Positions 18,866 through 28,696 of a stretch of 32,000 nt of DNA are shown here, one piece after another. The position numbers and the translations under genes were made by a program. The stretch lies in the NCBI GenBank assembly GCA_963843975.1, contig CAWJMG010000003.1, forward strand, positions 180,001 through 212,000, read 5' to 3'. Below the pieces are notes generated by a model. That model was not told the origin of the DNA, ran no database searches, and was given only the letters and a program-made list of their open reading frames with translations. This stretch comes from an uncultured Actinomycetes bacterium. Its GTDB lineage: Bacteria > Actinomycetota > Actinomycetes > S36-B12 > CAIYMF01. Within the stretch, counting starts at the first letter, position 1. Each line of letters opens with the position of its first letter.

Positions 18866-21485
18866 ATGGCGACCCGTACGCCGGTGCCGCCGCGTCCCTC
18901 GGGCGCGCGCGCTGGCTCTTCCCCGACGAGCCGCTCGAGCAAGGCCGCGCCCGCCAAGGGCAAGGCCTCCTCGACGCGTCAGCCCGCTGCCAAGCCGCGC
19001 CCTGCCGCGCGCCCGGCGGCCCGACCCTCCGGCCCCTCGCCGGTCTCCCGGTTCTTCACCGGGCTGACGCGGGCGTTCGCCGCGGTGTGGGTCGGCCTCG
19101 GCCACGTGGTCGGCGGTGCTGTGCGCACCCTCGGGCGCGGCGCCAAGGAGCTCGACCCGGCCCACCGCCGTGACGGCCTCGGCCTGCTCTTCATCGCGCT
19201 CGCCGTCCTGGTCGCCTTCTCGGTGTGGTGGAACGTCACCACAGGCCTCGGCGGCATCGTCGGCTCGCTCGTCACCGGCGCGCTCGGCAGCCTCGACGTG
19301 ATCCTGCCGTTCCTGCTCCTCGGCCTCGCCTGGCGCGTGCTGCGCAAGCCCGACGAGAGCGCGGCCACCGGTCGCGTCACCATCGGCTGGGGCGCGCTCG
19401 TCCTCGCCGCCTGCGGCCTCATGCACGTGATCAAGGGCACGCCCCTCCCCGCCGACGGCGCTGCCGCCATGCAGTCCGGCGGCGGCTGGATCGGGTGGCT
19501 CGCCTCCGCGCCGGTCGTCTCGGCGACCCACCCGGTCGTGGCTGCGCTGCTCCTGCTCCTGCTCGCGGCGTTCGGCGTCCTCGTCGTCACCGCGACCCCC
19601 GTGGCCGCCGTGCCCGACCGCATCCGCGGCCTGCGCGACCGCGTGACCGGCAAGGCCACCCCGGACGCCGACGCGACCGAGGGTGACGTCGAGCCCACGG
19701 CCAAGATGAAGCGCCACCCCAAGGCCGACGACGCGGGCCTCGGCCTGCTGGCCGGCGACGTCGCGTTCGAGACCCCGCTGGTGGAGGAGGCGCCGACCAA
19801 GCGTCGCTTCCGCAAGGGCAAGGACGTCCTCGACGTCCTCGCGGCCCCTGAGGCCGAGGAGCACCACGTCGACCTCACGGCGCCGTTCGAGCACCAGGAG
19901 CCGGACGAGGTCTCCACGGTGATCGTCGACCTCACCACCGGGGAGGTCCGGCCGGTCGCGAAGAAGCCGGCCAAGCCGCTGCCCGCGAACCCGTCCTCGA
20001 TCGAGCAGATGCCGCTCTCGGGCGACGTCACCTACCACCTGCCGGCCGTCGAGTCGCTCAAGCCCGGCGCGGTGCACAAGCCCACCAGCAAGGCCTCCGA
20101 CGCTGTAGTCGGATCGCTGTCGGAGGTGCTCGACCAGTTCGGCATCGACGCCACCGTCACCGGCTACTCGCGCGGCCCGACAGTCACGCGCTACGAGGTC
20201 GAGCTCGGGCCGGCCGTGAAGGTCGAGCGCGTCACGGCGCTGTCGAAGAACATCGCGTACGCCGTCGCCAGCGCTGACGTCCGCATCCTCAGCCCGATCC
20301 CCGGCAAGTCCGCGATCGGCATCGAGATCCCGAACACCGACCGCGAGATCGTCAGCCTCGGCGACGTCCTGCGCAGCAAGACCGCGACGAGCGACCACCA
20401 CCCGATGGTGGTCGGCCTCGGCAAGGACGTCGAAGGCGGCTTCGTCTGCGCCAACCTCGCGAAGATGCCGCACATCCTCGTGGCCGGTGCCACCGGCGCG
20501 GGCAAGTCCGGATGCATGAACACGCTGATCACCAGTGTTCTCATGCGATCCACGCCGGACGAGGTGCGGATGATCCTTGTCGACCCCAAGCGCGTCGAGC
20601 TGCACGGCGTACGAGGGCGTGCCGCACCTGATCACGCCCATCATCACGAGCCCGAAGAAGGCCGCCGAGGCGCTGCAGTGGGTCGTTCGCGAGATGGACC
20701 TGCGCTACGACGACCTCGCGCAGTTCGGCTTCCGCCACGTCGACGACTTCAACAAGGCCGTCCGCGCAGGCCAGGTGAAGCCGCTGCCGGGCAGCGAGCG
20801 CGTCATCGAGCCGTACCCGTACCTGCTGGTCATCGTCGACGAGCTCGCCGACCTGATGATGGTCGCCCCGCGCGACGTCGAGGACTCCATCGTCCGCATC
20901 ACGCAGCTCGCACGCGCGGCCGGCATCCACCTGGTGCTCGCGACCCAGCGTCCGAGCGTCGACGTCGTCACCGGCCTCATCAAGGCCAACGTGCCGAGCC
21001 GCCTCGCCTTCGCCACCTCGAGCCTCGCCGACAGCCGCGTCATCCTCGACCAGCCCGGCGCCGAGAAGCTCGTGGGCCAGGGCGACGCGCTCTTCCTGCC
21101 GATGGGCGCGAGCAAGCCGATCCGCCTGCAGGGCTCGTGGGTCACCGAGAACGAGATCCGGGCCGTGGTCGCGCACTGCAAGGCGCAGATGGCTCCGGCG
21201 TACCGCGAGGTCACCGTCACCGCCGCGCAGAAGAAGGAGGTCGACGAGGAGATCGGCGACGACCTCGAGCTGCTGCGCGCTGCGGTCGAGCTCGTCGTCA
21301 CCTCGCAGTTCGGGTCCACGTCGATGCTGCAGCGCAAGCTGCGCGTGGGCTTCGCCAAGGCCGGACGACTCATGGACCTCATGGAGACGCGCGGCATCGT
21401 CGGCCCGAGCGAGGGCAGCAAGGCACGCGACGTCCTCGTGAGCGGCGACGAGCTCGAGGACGTTCTCGCGACGCTGGGGGAGTGA
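18866..21485 (+). pseudogene. ftsK: DNA translocase FtsK, one frame interruption as assembled
   Basis: N-terminal basic/Pro-rich region plus 4 TM segments. Motor domain with Walker A VAGATGAGKSGCMN. The frame breaks after ...[11 protein letters not shown] and resumes +1 as [24 protein letters not shown]...[13 protein letters not shown]...gamma domain [22 protein letters not shown]. About 872 aa when joined. Shift near 20603. Confidence 0.93.
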
Positions 21486-21505
21486 CGCGGGTCTCCCGCG
21501 TCACT
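21481..21505 (+). terminator. ftsK terminator hairpin
   Basis: AGTGACGCGGG TCT CCCGCGTCACT is an 11-bp perfect stem (3-nt loop, or 10 bp with a 5-nt loop) overlapping the ftsK stop codon. Confidence 0.65.
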
Positions 21506-21603
21506 GCAGGGTCCGCAAGGCGCTGTGTTTCCAGCACGTTTCGACACGAGCCGAATCCCACGTGATGGGGTCGGCGATCACCCGGTCGACCCCGCTCGCG
21601 TTT

Positions 21604-21644
21604 CCCCCGGAGCATGGGTGCGGCCTATCCTGATGCTCCGGGGG
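21604..21644 (+). other. Conspicuous stem-loop in the ftsK/rodZ-like intergenic region
   Basis: CCCCCGGAGCAT (21604-21615), 17-nt loop, ATGCTCCGGGGG (21633-21644). This is a perfect 12-bp stem, about 47 nt upstream of the next ATG. Function unknown. Confidence 0.4.
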
Positions 21645-21690
21645 TGATCGGCGCGCGCCAGCGTGCCTGCCTGGGTGAGGAGGTGCAGCG

Positions 21691-22557
21691 ATGAGCGATG
21701 ACAGCGTCATGACCGCAGGTCAGACCGTGGCCGCCGCACGTCTCGCCGCCGGCCTCACGGTCGCGCAGGTCGCCGACGCCACCCGGATCCGCGCCACCCT
21801 CGTCACCGCGATCGAGAACGACGACTACCGCCTGTGCGGCGGCGACGTCTACGCCCGCGGTCACCTCAAGAGCATCGCCACCGCGGTGGGCGTCGATCCT
21901 GCTGAGGTCGTGGGCGCGTTCGACCGCCAGCGCGGTGCCGAGCGTCCGGTCAGCGCGCCCGTCCAGCCCGTCGCGAGCGCCTCGCGCGCCACCACGGCGT
22001 CCGGCGGCTCCCTCGGCGCCCTCGCCGGCCCGCTCGGCGTCTCCGTCGAGTCCGGCCGCCGCAACGGCGGCGCGAACTGGACCGCCGTCATGGCGCTCGC
22101 CCTCGTGCTCGTGATCGGCGTCGCCGTCGTCACCGCGCTCGCCAACCGCGGCGGCAGCACCCCGATCGCCTCGCCGTCCTCCTCGCCGAGCGTCACCCCC
22201 ACCACCAGCGCGACGCCGACCGAGAGCGCCACCGAGCAGCCCACGGCCGAGCCCACCGAGTCGCCCACCGACACCGTGGCGCAGGCCGACGGCGTCAACG
22301 TCGTCCTGTCCGTCACCGGCAAGGCGTCCTGGGTCCGGGTCACTGGCGGCACCGCCGGCAAGACCCTCTACGAGGGCACGCTCACCGGCGGCGACACCAG
22401 GACGTTCACCGACAAGACCCTCGTCAAAATGATCCTCGGCAACGCCGGCGCAGTGTCGCTCGTCGTCAACGGCCGCGACCTCGGCGCCCCTGGCAGCAAC
22501 GGCGCGGTCGTCAAGACGGAGTTCGGCCCCGGCGACCCGAACGGCCAGGCGGGCTGA
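21691..22557 (+). CDS. RodZ-like helix-turn-helix protein with DUF4115-type C-terminal domain
   Basis: N-terminal HTH (LAAGLTVAQVADATRIRATLVTAIENDDY...GHLKSIA), one TM (WTAVMALALVLVIGVAVVTAL), a Pro/Thr/Ser-rich linker and a C-terminal beta domain (VVLSVTGKASWVRVT...LVVNGRDLG). GAGGAGG Shine-Dalgarno. Confidence 0.85.
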   Translation: MSDDSVMTAGQTVAAARLAAGLTVAQVADATRIRATLVTAIENDDYRLCGGDVYARGHLKSIATAVGVDPAEVVGAFDRQRGAERPVSAPVQPVASASRATTASGGSLGALAGPLGVSVESGRRNGGANWTAVMALALVLVIGVAVVTALANRGGSTPIASPSSSPSVTPTTSATPTESATEQPTAEPTESPTDTVAQADGVNVVLSVTGKASWVRVTGGTAGKTLYEGTLTGGDTRTFTDKTLVKMILGNAGAVSLVVNGRDLGAPGSNGAVVKTEFGPGDPNGQAG

Positions 22558-22620
22558 CGCTCCGACCCGCACGTCCCCGCACGTCCGTGCGCGTCTGCCC
22601 CAGCCCGTAGGCTCTGGTCC

Positions 22621-24096
22621 ATGACGACGTCGTCCGCCACCCCCTCGCGCCGCGTCGCCCTCGTCACCCTCGGCTGCGCGCGCAACGAGGTCGACTCGGA
22701 GGAGCTGGCCGGCCGGCTCGAGGCCGACGGCTGGGAGCTCGTCGAGGACGCGGCCGATGCCGACGCCGTCGTCGTCAACACCTGCGGCTTCGTCGAGCAG
22801 GCCAAGAAGGACAGCGTCGATGCGCTCCTCGAGGCCGCCGACCTCAAGGAGACCGGCCGCCCGCAGGCCGTCGTCGCGGTCGGGTGCCTGGCCGAGCGGT
22901 ACGGCGACCAGCTGGCGGACTCGCTGTCCGAGGCAGATGCCGTGCTCGGCTTCGACGACTACGCCGACATCGGCGCCCGCCTGCGCCGCATCGTCGCGGG
23001 CGAGCAGCACGTGCCGCACGCACCGCGCGACCGTCGCCTCCTGCTCCCCATCTCGCCTGTCGAGCGGTCGGCGTCCGACGTCGCGCTGCCGGGCCACGCG
23101 CAGATGGACGAGCCCGACCTCCCCGAGGGCGTCGGCCCGGCCAGCGGCCCCCGCGTCGTACGTCGTCGCCTCGGCTCTGGGCCGAGCGCGCCGCTCAAGC
23201 TCGCCAGCGGCTGCGACCGCCGGTGCGCGTTCTGCGCGATCCCGTCGTTCCGCGGCTCGTTCGTGTCGCGCCGTCCGTCCGACGTCATCGACGAGGCGCG
23301 CTGGCTCGCGACGCAGGGCGTGCGCGAGCTCGTGCTCGTGAGCGAGAACTCCACGTCGTACGGCAAGGATCTCGGCGACCTCCGCCTGCTCGAGACCCTG
23401 CTGCCCGAGCTCGCCGCGATCGACGGCATCGACTGGGTGCGCGTCTCGTACCTCCAGCCCGCGGAGACCCGTCCCTCGCTGCTGCAGGCCATCGCGAGCA
23501 CTCCGGGCGTCGTGCCCTACTTCGACCTGTCGTTCCAGCACTCGTCGCCGACGGTGCTGCGCCGCATGCGCCGTTTCGGCGGCACCGAGTCGTTCCTCGA
23601 GCTGCTGTCCTCCGCCCGTGCGCTGCTTCCCGAGGCGGGCGCGCGCAGCAACGTCATCGTCGGATTCCCGGGCGAGACCGAGGACGACGTCGAGGAGCTC
23701 GAGCGCTTCCTCGTCGGCGCGCGTCTCGACGCGGTCGGCGTCTTCGGCTACTCGGACGAGGACGGCACCGAGGCAGCGACGTACGACGGCAAGCTCGACG
23801 ACGACGTCGTGCGCGAGCGGGTCGAGCGCATCACAGCCCTGGTCGAGGAGCTCACGTCGCAGCGCGCCGAGGACCGCGTCGGCCAGACCGTGCAGGTGCT
23901 GATCGAGGCGATCGAGGGCGACGTGGTCGAGGGTCGCAGCGCCCACCAGGCTCCCGAGGTCGACGGCCTCACGCTGCTCGTCGACGGCACCGTGCCGGTG
24001 TCGTCTCTGGCGGTGGGCGACCTCGTCACCGCCGTCGTCTCGGCGTCCGAGGGCGTCGACCTGGTCGCGTCGGTCACCGCGGTGGTCCCGCGGTGA
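22621..24096 (+). CDS. rimO: Ribosomal protein S12 methylthiotransferase RimO (radical SAM)
   Basis: UPF0004 N-domain [16 protein letters not shown]...VVVNTCGF. Radical-SAM cluster motif CDRRCAFC. C-terminal TRAM-like region. 491 aa. Confidence 0.92.
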   Translation: MTTSSATPSRRVALVTLGCARNEVDSEELAGRLEADGWELVEDAADADAVVVNTCGFVEQAKKDSVDALLEAADLKETGRPQAVVAVGCLAERYGDQLADSLSEADAVLGFDDYADIGARLRRIVAGEQHVPHAPRDRRLLLPISPVERSASDVALPGHAQMDEPDLPEGVGPASGPRVVRRRLGSGPSAPLKLASGCDRRCAFCAIPSFRGSFVSRRPSDVIDEARWLATQGVRELVLVSENSTSYGKDLGDLRLLETLLPELAAIDGIDWVRVSYLQPAETRPSLLQAIASTPGVVPYFDLSFQHSSPTVLRRMRRFGGTESFLELLSSARALLPEAGARSNVIVGFPGETEDDVEELERFLVGARLDAVGVFGYSDEDGTEAATYDGKLDDDVVRERVERITALVEELTSQRAEDRVGQTVQVLIEAIEGDVVEGRSAHQAPEVDGLTLLVDGTVPVSSLAVGDLVTAVVSASEGVDLVASVTAVVPR

Positions 24097-24701
24097 AGCC
24101 GCCGCCGCTGGACCACGTCGCGGATCCCGTCCAGTCGCCGTCGGTCCTCAACCTCCCGAACGCGCTCACGATGCTGCGCCTGCTGCTCGTCCCGGTCTTC
24201 GCGTGGCTGCTGCTGCGCAACGGCGGCGACGACTCCGCCTCGCGCGTGTGGGCCGCCGTCGTGTTCGTCGTCGCCGGCGCCACCGACTTCGTCGACGGCG
24301 AGCTCGCGCGGCGCATGAACCTCGTGACGAGCTTCGGCAAGATCGTCGACCCCATCGCCGACAAGGCGCTGACGGGCACCGCGCTGCTCGGCCTCAGCTA
24401 TCTCGGCGACCTGCCCTGGTGGGTCACGATCGTGATCCTCGTGCGCGAGATCGGCGTCACCCTGCTTCGCTTCGCGGTCATCAAGTACGGCGTCATCGCC
24501 GCGAGCCGCGGCGGCAAGGCCAAGACGCTCGCGCAGATGCTCGCGATCCTGCTCTACCTGCTGCCGCTGTCAGGCTGGCTCGTGACCGTGCGCACCGGCG
24601 TCCTGGTCGTCGCCGTCGTGCTCACAGTCGTCACGGGCTTCGACTACGTGAAGCGCGCGATGAGGCTGCGGCGCGCGGCGCGGGCCGAGGCCGCGGCGTG
24701 A
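24093..24701 (+). CDS. pgsA: CDP-diacylglycerol--glycerol-3-phosphate 3-phosphatidyltransferase
   Basis: CDP-alcohol phosphotransferase motif [27 protein letters not shown], multiple TM segments. GTG 24093 overlaps the rimO stop (GTGA). Confidence 0.92.
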   Translation: MKPPPLDHVADPVQSPSVLNLPNALTMLRLLLVPVFAWLLLRNGGDDSASRVWAAVVFVVAGATDFVDGELARRMNLVTSFGKIVDPIADKALTGTALLGLSYLGDLPWWVTIVILVREIGVTLLRFAVIKYGVIAASRGGKAKTLAQMLAILLYLLPLSGWLVTVRTGVLVVAVVLTVVTGFDYVKRAMRLRRAARAEAAA

Positions 24702-25195
24702 CGCAGCCGTCGTCGCTCGAGACCGCCGCCCAGCTCGTGCGCCTGCTCGGCCAGCAGGGCCGCACGATCGCCGTGGCCGAGTCGCTGACGGGCGGGCTGG
24801 TGGCGTCGACCATCGTCGGCGTCCCCGGCGCCTCCGCGGTCTTCCGGGGCGGCGTCGTCGCCTACGCCACGGAGGTCAAGGCCAGCGTGCTCGGCGTCGA
24901 CGCCGGGCTGCTCGAGCGGGTCGGCGCCGTCGACCCCGACGTCGCCGACGAGATGGCGTACGGCGTGGCCCGCCTGCTCGGAGCCGACTACGGGATCGCC
25001 ACCACCGGCGTCGCCGGGCCCGACCCGCAGGACGGCCAGGCTGTCGGCACCGTGTGGGTCTCCGTCGTCGGCCCGGAGGGCGCCCAGGCGGCCACGATCG
25101 GGCTGACCCTCGACCCTGCGCTCGGGCGCCAGGGCATCCGCGAGGCGGCCCTCGACGAGGCCCTCTCGGCCGCCGTCGACCACATCGGCTACTGA
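24698..25195 (+). CDS. CinA C-terminal-domain protein / nicotinamide-nucleotide amidohydrolase PncC-like
   Basis: [44 protein letters not shown]...[10 protein letters not shown] matches the CinA/PncC domain. GTG 24698 overlaps the pgsA stop (GTGA). Confidence 0.9.
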   Translation: MTQPSSLETAAQLVRLLGQQGRTIAVAESLTGGLVASTIVGVPGASAVFRGGVVAYATEVKASVLGVDAGLLERVGAVDPDVADEMAYGVARLLGADYGIATTGVAGPDPQDGQAVGTVWVSVVGPEGAQAATIGLTLDPALGRQGIREAALDEALSAAVDHIGY

Positions 25196-25197
25196 GA

Positions 25198-25225
25198 GCC
25201 ACCTGCGGAACGGATTCCAGGTGGC
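25198..25225 (+). terminator. Hairpin after the cinA/pncC-like gene
   Basis: GCCACCTG (25198-25205) and CAGGTGGC (25218-25225) form an 8-bp stem with possible extra pairs in the 12-nt loop. It starts 3 nt after the stop. Confidence 0.45.
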
Positions 25226-25497
25226 GGGATGCGGGAACACGGGCGCAGGATCAGAGCGTTGGACCCACCACGAACGCCCGCGACGGCCAGACCGGCCGCC
25301 GCACCCGGACCCCGGATCGGATGCCCTCTGTGATCACTGCCCCGCCCACCGCCGGCCCTTCGCGACGCGCCGACGTACGCCGTCCGGGTGCCCTCGGTGC
25401 GTCGGAGGGTGACGCCCGGTACCGTGGTCCCCGTCACACCGGTGCTCCCGTGCCTGCGGGCGCCCGGCCGATCGAGCCCTCGAGGGGAGGTGCGCCC

Positions 25498-25791
25498 GTG
25501 ATCGTGCTCCGCCGCGTCATCGGTGACGAGCTCCGTCGCCGCCGTCAGGACCAGGGACGCACCCTGCGCGAGGTCTCCTCGGCCGCCCGTGTCTCGCTCG
25601 GCTACCTGTCCGAGGTCGAGCGCGGCCAGAAGGAGGCCAGCAGCGAGCTGCTCGCCTCGATCTGCACCGCGCTGGACGTCCCCCTCGCCATCGTGCTGCG
25701 CTCGGTGAGCGACGAGGTCGCGATCCTCGAGGGCGTCGCGCCGGTCACCGAGCTTCCGGTCGCCGCCGACTCCGTCGTCGCGGCCGCCTGA
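25498..25791 (+). CDS. clgR: XRE-family HTH transcriptional regulator, ClgR-like
   Basis: [63 protein letters not shown] closely follows the ClgR pattern. It has the same position next to pgsA/cinA as in Corynebacterium and Mycobacterium. GAGGGGAGG Shine-Dalgarno before GTG 25498. Confidence 0.85.
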   Translation: MIVLRRVIGDELRRRRQDQGRTLREVSSAARVSLGYLSEVERGQKEASSELLASICTALDVPLAIVLRSVSDEVAILEGVAPVTELPVAADSVVAAA

Positions 25792-25799
25792 TCCTCCCC

Positions 25800-26381
25800 G
25801 TGCCCGATCGTTCCCCGCGCTCGCGCGCGGGCAACGCCATGGGCCGCACCCGCACCGCCGCGCTCGAGGGCGCCCGTCGCGTGCTGGCCGAGCACGGCCT
25901 GCGCAAGGCCACGATGAGCGACGTCGCCGTCCGCGGCGGCCTGGCCAAGGCCACGCTCTACAACCACTTCCGCACCAAGGACGACCTCGTCGCCGGCCTC
26001 GTCCACGACGACCTCGCCGAGCTCGCGGCCGACTGCCGCGACCTCGCGTCGACCGACCTCGCCGTCGCCCTCACCCGCGCGGCCGACGGAGTCGCGACGC
26101 ACCCTGTCGTCGTCGGCCTCCGCTCGGTCGAGCCCGCCGCCCTGCTGCCGCTCGCGGCCCCCGGCTCGGGCGAGGCGTGGGACGCCGTCCGTGTCGAGGT
26201 GGCCGCTCTGCTCGACGCCGGCGAGCGCGTCTCCGGCCCGTCGCACGTCGACCTCGTCTGCCGCTGGCTCGCGGGCCACGTGCTCGAGCCGGGGAGCCAG
26301 GCGGGCCGCGAGGCCGGTGCCGCGCTCGTCGCCTCGGGCCTGCCGGCAGCCGTCCGCACCACCAGCTTCGCCACCCCCTAG
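25800..26381 (+). CDS. TetR/AcrR-family transcriptional regulator
   Basis: RTRTAALEGARRVLAEHGLRKATMSDVAVRGGLAKATLYNHFRTKDDL is a TetR HTH. GTG 25800 lies 8 nt after the clgR stop. ATG 25839 is an alternative start. Confidence 0.84.
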   Translation: MPDRSPRSRAGNAMGRTRTAALEGARRVLAEHGLRKATMSDVAVRGGLAKATLYNHFRTKDDLVAGLVHDDLAELAADCRDLASTDLAVALTRAADGVATHPVVVGLRSVEPAALLPLAAPGSGEAWDAVRVEVAALLDAGERVSGPSHVDLVCRWLAGHVLEPGSQAGREAGAALVASGLPAAVRTTSFATP

Positions 26382-26393
26382 CCCGCACTGATC

Positions 26394-26428
26394 AATCCGT
26401 CGTCTCCCCGTCCGGGAAGCGACGGATT
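26394..26428. terminator. Bidirectional hairpin between convergent tetR-family gene and nei
   Basis: AATCCGTCG (26394-26402) and CGACGGATT (26420-26428) form a 9-bp stem. Four further pairs (TCCC/GGGA) are possible inside the 17-nt loop. Confidence 0.6.
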
Positions 26429-26436
26429 CGTCAGTG

Positions 26437-27252
26437 TCAGCGGCGCCGGGTCTGGCGCGCGGGCTCGGGGTGCGGCCCCGGCTGGCAGGCGGGGCACCAG
26501 TAGGTCACCCGGTCGTACGGCGGATCGCCCTGCGGCGCCGTGACGATGCGCGTGCCGCAGCGCAGGCACGGCTTGCCCGCGCGGCCGTAGACCCAGTGCT
26601 CGGTGCGCGGGTCGCCCGTCGTCGACTGCGAGAAGTGCGCCTTGTTGCGCTCGAGCCAGCGCTGCGCGACGTCGAGGAGCGCGCCGACGTCGGCCACCTC
26701 GCCCACCGGCGTCCACGGCGAGACCTTGCCGGCGAACAGCGTCTCGGCCTTGTAGATGTTGCCGATGCCGGCGACGTTGCGCTGGTCGAGCAGCGCCTGG
26801 CCGATCTCGCGCGACGGGTCGGCGAGCAGGCGGCGTACGGCCTCGTCGCGGTCGTACGCCGGCCCCAGCAGGTCGGGGCCGAGATGGCCGACCACGGCGT
26901 CCTCGTGAGCAGTCTCGACGAGCTCGAGCACGGGCATGCGGTAGCCGATCGCGTCCCACGCCTCGGTCGAGAGCACCACGCGGACCTGCCAGTCCGGGCC
27001 GCCCGTCCATCGGGCGCCGGGACGGTGGAGGTGCCACATGCCGTCCATCCGCAGGTGGGTGTGCAGCGTGAGGCCGCCCTCGACCCGCGTGAGGATGTGC
27101 TTGCCGCGCGGACGGGTCTCGAGCACCCGGCGTCCGACCAGGTCCGAGGTCGCGAGCTGCGGCACGCGGAAGTCGCTGCGGGTGAGCACGTCGCCCGACA
27201 GCGCGTCGTCGAGCCGCTTGGCCACCAGCCACACGGTGTCGCCCTCGGGCAT
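26437..27252 (-). CDS. nei: Fpg/Nei-family DNA glycosylase (endonuclease VIII-like)
   Basis: Canonical N-terminus MPEGDTV (catalytic Pro2/Glu3). H2TH LLDQRNVAGIGNIYKAETLF. C-terminal zinc finger CLRCG...CPACQ. GAGGAGG Shine-Dalgarno. The track ORF to 27912 is an overextension. Confidence 0.92.
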   Translation of the reverse strand: MPEGDTVWLVAKRLDDALSGDVLTRSDFRVPQLATSDLVGRRVLETRPRGKHILTRVEGGLTLHTHLRMDGMWHLHRPGARWTGGPDWQVRVVLSTEAWDAIGYRMPVLELVETAHEDAVVGHLGPDLLGPAYDRDEAVRRLLADPSREIGQALLDQRNVAGIGNIYKAETLFAGKVSPWTPVGEVADVGALLDVAQRWLERNKAHFSQSTTGDPRTEHWVYGRAGKPCLRCGTRIVTAPQGDPPYDRVTYWCPACQPGPHPEPARQTRRR

Positions 27253-27358
27253 CGCACCTCCTCGCGTCGTCCGGCGGACCGGTCTCCAGCCTTCCGGGGA
27301 ACACGGCTGCGCGCGACCCGCGTTAGGGACACCATCAAGGGATGGCCTGGGAGGTCGC

Positions 27359-28012
27359 ATGAGGATCGCAGTTCTCGGCACAGGAGTGGTCGGCGCAGCC
27401 CTCGGCACCCGGCTGGTGCAGACCGGCCACGAGGTGCGGATGGGATCGCGCACCGCGGGCAACGCCAAGGCGGTCGCGTGGGTCGCAGCAGCCGGCAGTG
27501 CGGCGAGCGAGGGGACCTTCGAGGACGCCGCCGCCTTCGGCGAGATGGTGGTCAACGCCACCGGTGGGCTCGTGTCCGTCGACGCCCTCACGGCTGCCGG
27601 TGCGGGCAACCTCGCCGGCAAGGTGCTGCTCGACATCTCCAACCCGCTCGACTTCTCCGGCGGCTTCCCGCCGACGGTGCAGCAGTCCGGCGGTCGCAGC
27701 CTCGGCGAGCAGATCCAGGCGGCGTTCCCGGACGCCCGCGTGGTCAAGACGCTCAACACGATGAACGCCGATGTCATGGTGCACCCGCGCGCCCTGCCCG
27801 GGTCGCACTCGGTCTTCGTGGCCGGGGACGACCAGGACGCCAAGGCCGTCGCGCGCGACCTGCTGCTCGGGTTCGGCTGGACCGACGACGAGGTGATCGA
27901 CGCCGGCGGCATCGCGGCGTCGCGCGGCCTCGAGCTCTACCTGCCTCTGTGGCTCTCGCTGATGGGCTCGTTCGGCACGCCGTCGTTCAACATCGCGGTC
28001 GTCCGCGGCTGA
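27359..28012 (+). CDS. NAD(P)-binding oxidoreductase, NADPH-dependent F420 reductase (NpdG)-like
   Basis: MRIAVLGTGVVGAALGTRLVQTGHEVRMGSR Rossmann N-terminus. About 217 aa, as for the NpdG/ProC-N family. GGGAGG Shine-Dalgarno. Confidence 0.82.
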   Translation: MRIAVLGTGVVGAALGTRLVQTGHEVRMGSRTAGNAKAVAWVAAAGSAASEGTFEDAAAFGEMVVNATGGLVSVDALTAAGAGNLAGKVLLDISNPLDFSGGFPPTVQQSGGRSLGEQIQAAFPDARVVKTLNTMNADVMVHPRALPGSHSVFVAGDDQDAKAVARDLLLGFGWTDDEVIDAGGIAASRGLELYLPLWLSLMGSFGTPSFNIAVVRG

Positions 28013-28018
28013 GGTGCG

Positions 28019-28044
28019 CACATCCGGCACCTCTGCCGGGTGTG
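28019..28044 (+). terminator. Hairpin after the NpdG-like gene
   Basis: CACATCCGGCA (28019-28029), loop CCTC, TGCCGGGTGTG (28034-28044). This is an 11-bp stem with one G.U pair, 7 nt after the stop. Confidence 0.45.
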
Positions 28045-28104
28045 ATGTCGGGGGCTGAGGGCAGGGTGGCCCCTGGGCCGTCCGGCCCGTCGAGGGAGGC
28101 ATCC

Positions 28105-28692
28105 GTGGCCGACGTCGTGCTGTTCCACCACGTGCAGGGGCTGACCGACGGCGTGCGTGCGCTGGCCGAGCGCCTGCGTGCAGGCCGGCACGTCGTGCAC
28201 CTTCCCGACCTGTACGACGGCCAGGTCTTCTCGAGCATCGAGGAGGGCTTCGCCCAGGTGAGCGCCCTCGGGTCGTCCGAGCTCGAGGTGCGTGCGGGCC
28301 GAGCGGTCGCCGACCTGCCGCCGGGCCTGGTCTTCGCCGGCATCTCCCTCGGCGTGGGCGCCGCGCAGGAGCTGGCGCAGACCCGTCCCGGTGCGCGGGG
28401 CGCGTTGCTGCTGGAGGCGTGCCTGCCGGTGACCGGGGAGTGGGCGGTCGGGCCCTGGCCCGACGGCGTGCTGGCGCAGGTGCACGGCATGGACGCCGAC
28501 CCCTTCTTCGCCCTCGAGGGCGACCTCGACGCCGCACGCGGCCTCGTGGCGTCCGCCCCTGGGCTCGTCGAGCTGTTCACCTACCCCGGCGACCGCCATC
28601 TGTTCACCGACTCGAGCCTGCCGGCGTACGACGCGGAGGCCACGGCGCTCGTGGTCGACCGGTCGCTCGAGCTGCTCGACCGGATCGGCTGA
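28105..28692 (+). CDS. Dienelactone hydrolase-family protein
   Basis: VADVVLFHHVQGLTDGVRALAERLRAGRHVVHLPDLYDG...FAGISLGV (nucleophile elbow-like)...YPGDRHLFTD. GAGGGAGG Shine-Dalgarno before GTG 28105. ATG ~28045 is an alternative start. Confidence 0.8.
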   Translation: MADVVLFHHVQGLTDGVRALAERLRAGRHVVHLPDLYDGQVFSSIEEGFAQVSALGSSELEVRAGRAVADLPPGLVFAGISLGVGAAQELAQTRPGARGALLLEACLPVTGEWAVGPWPDGVLAQVHGMDADPFFALEGDLDAARGLVASAPGLVELFTYPGDRHLFTDSSLPAYDAEATALVVDRSLELLDRIG

Positions 28693-28696
28693 TGCG

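Noticed and set aside
21486-21690. Possible tRNA or known sRNA in the ftsK-rodZ gap
   Set aside because: No cloverleaf or T-loop (GGTTCGAATCC-like) sequence on either strand. I cannot match the hairpin to a known RNA family by eye.
25196-25497. Small ORFs 25221..25412 (+) and 25189..25437 (-) as genes; ClgR operator in the clgR upstream region
   Set aside because: The ORFs have shadow-like composition and no start-site signals. No CGC-N5-GCG-type palindrome matching published ClgR boxes was found, only a one-sided near match.
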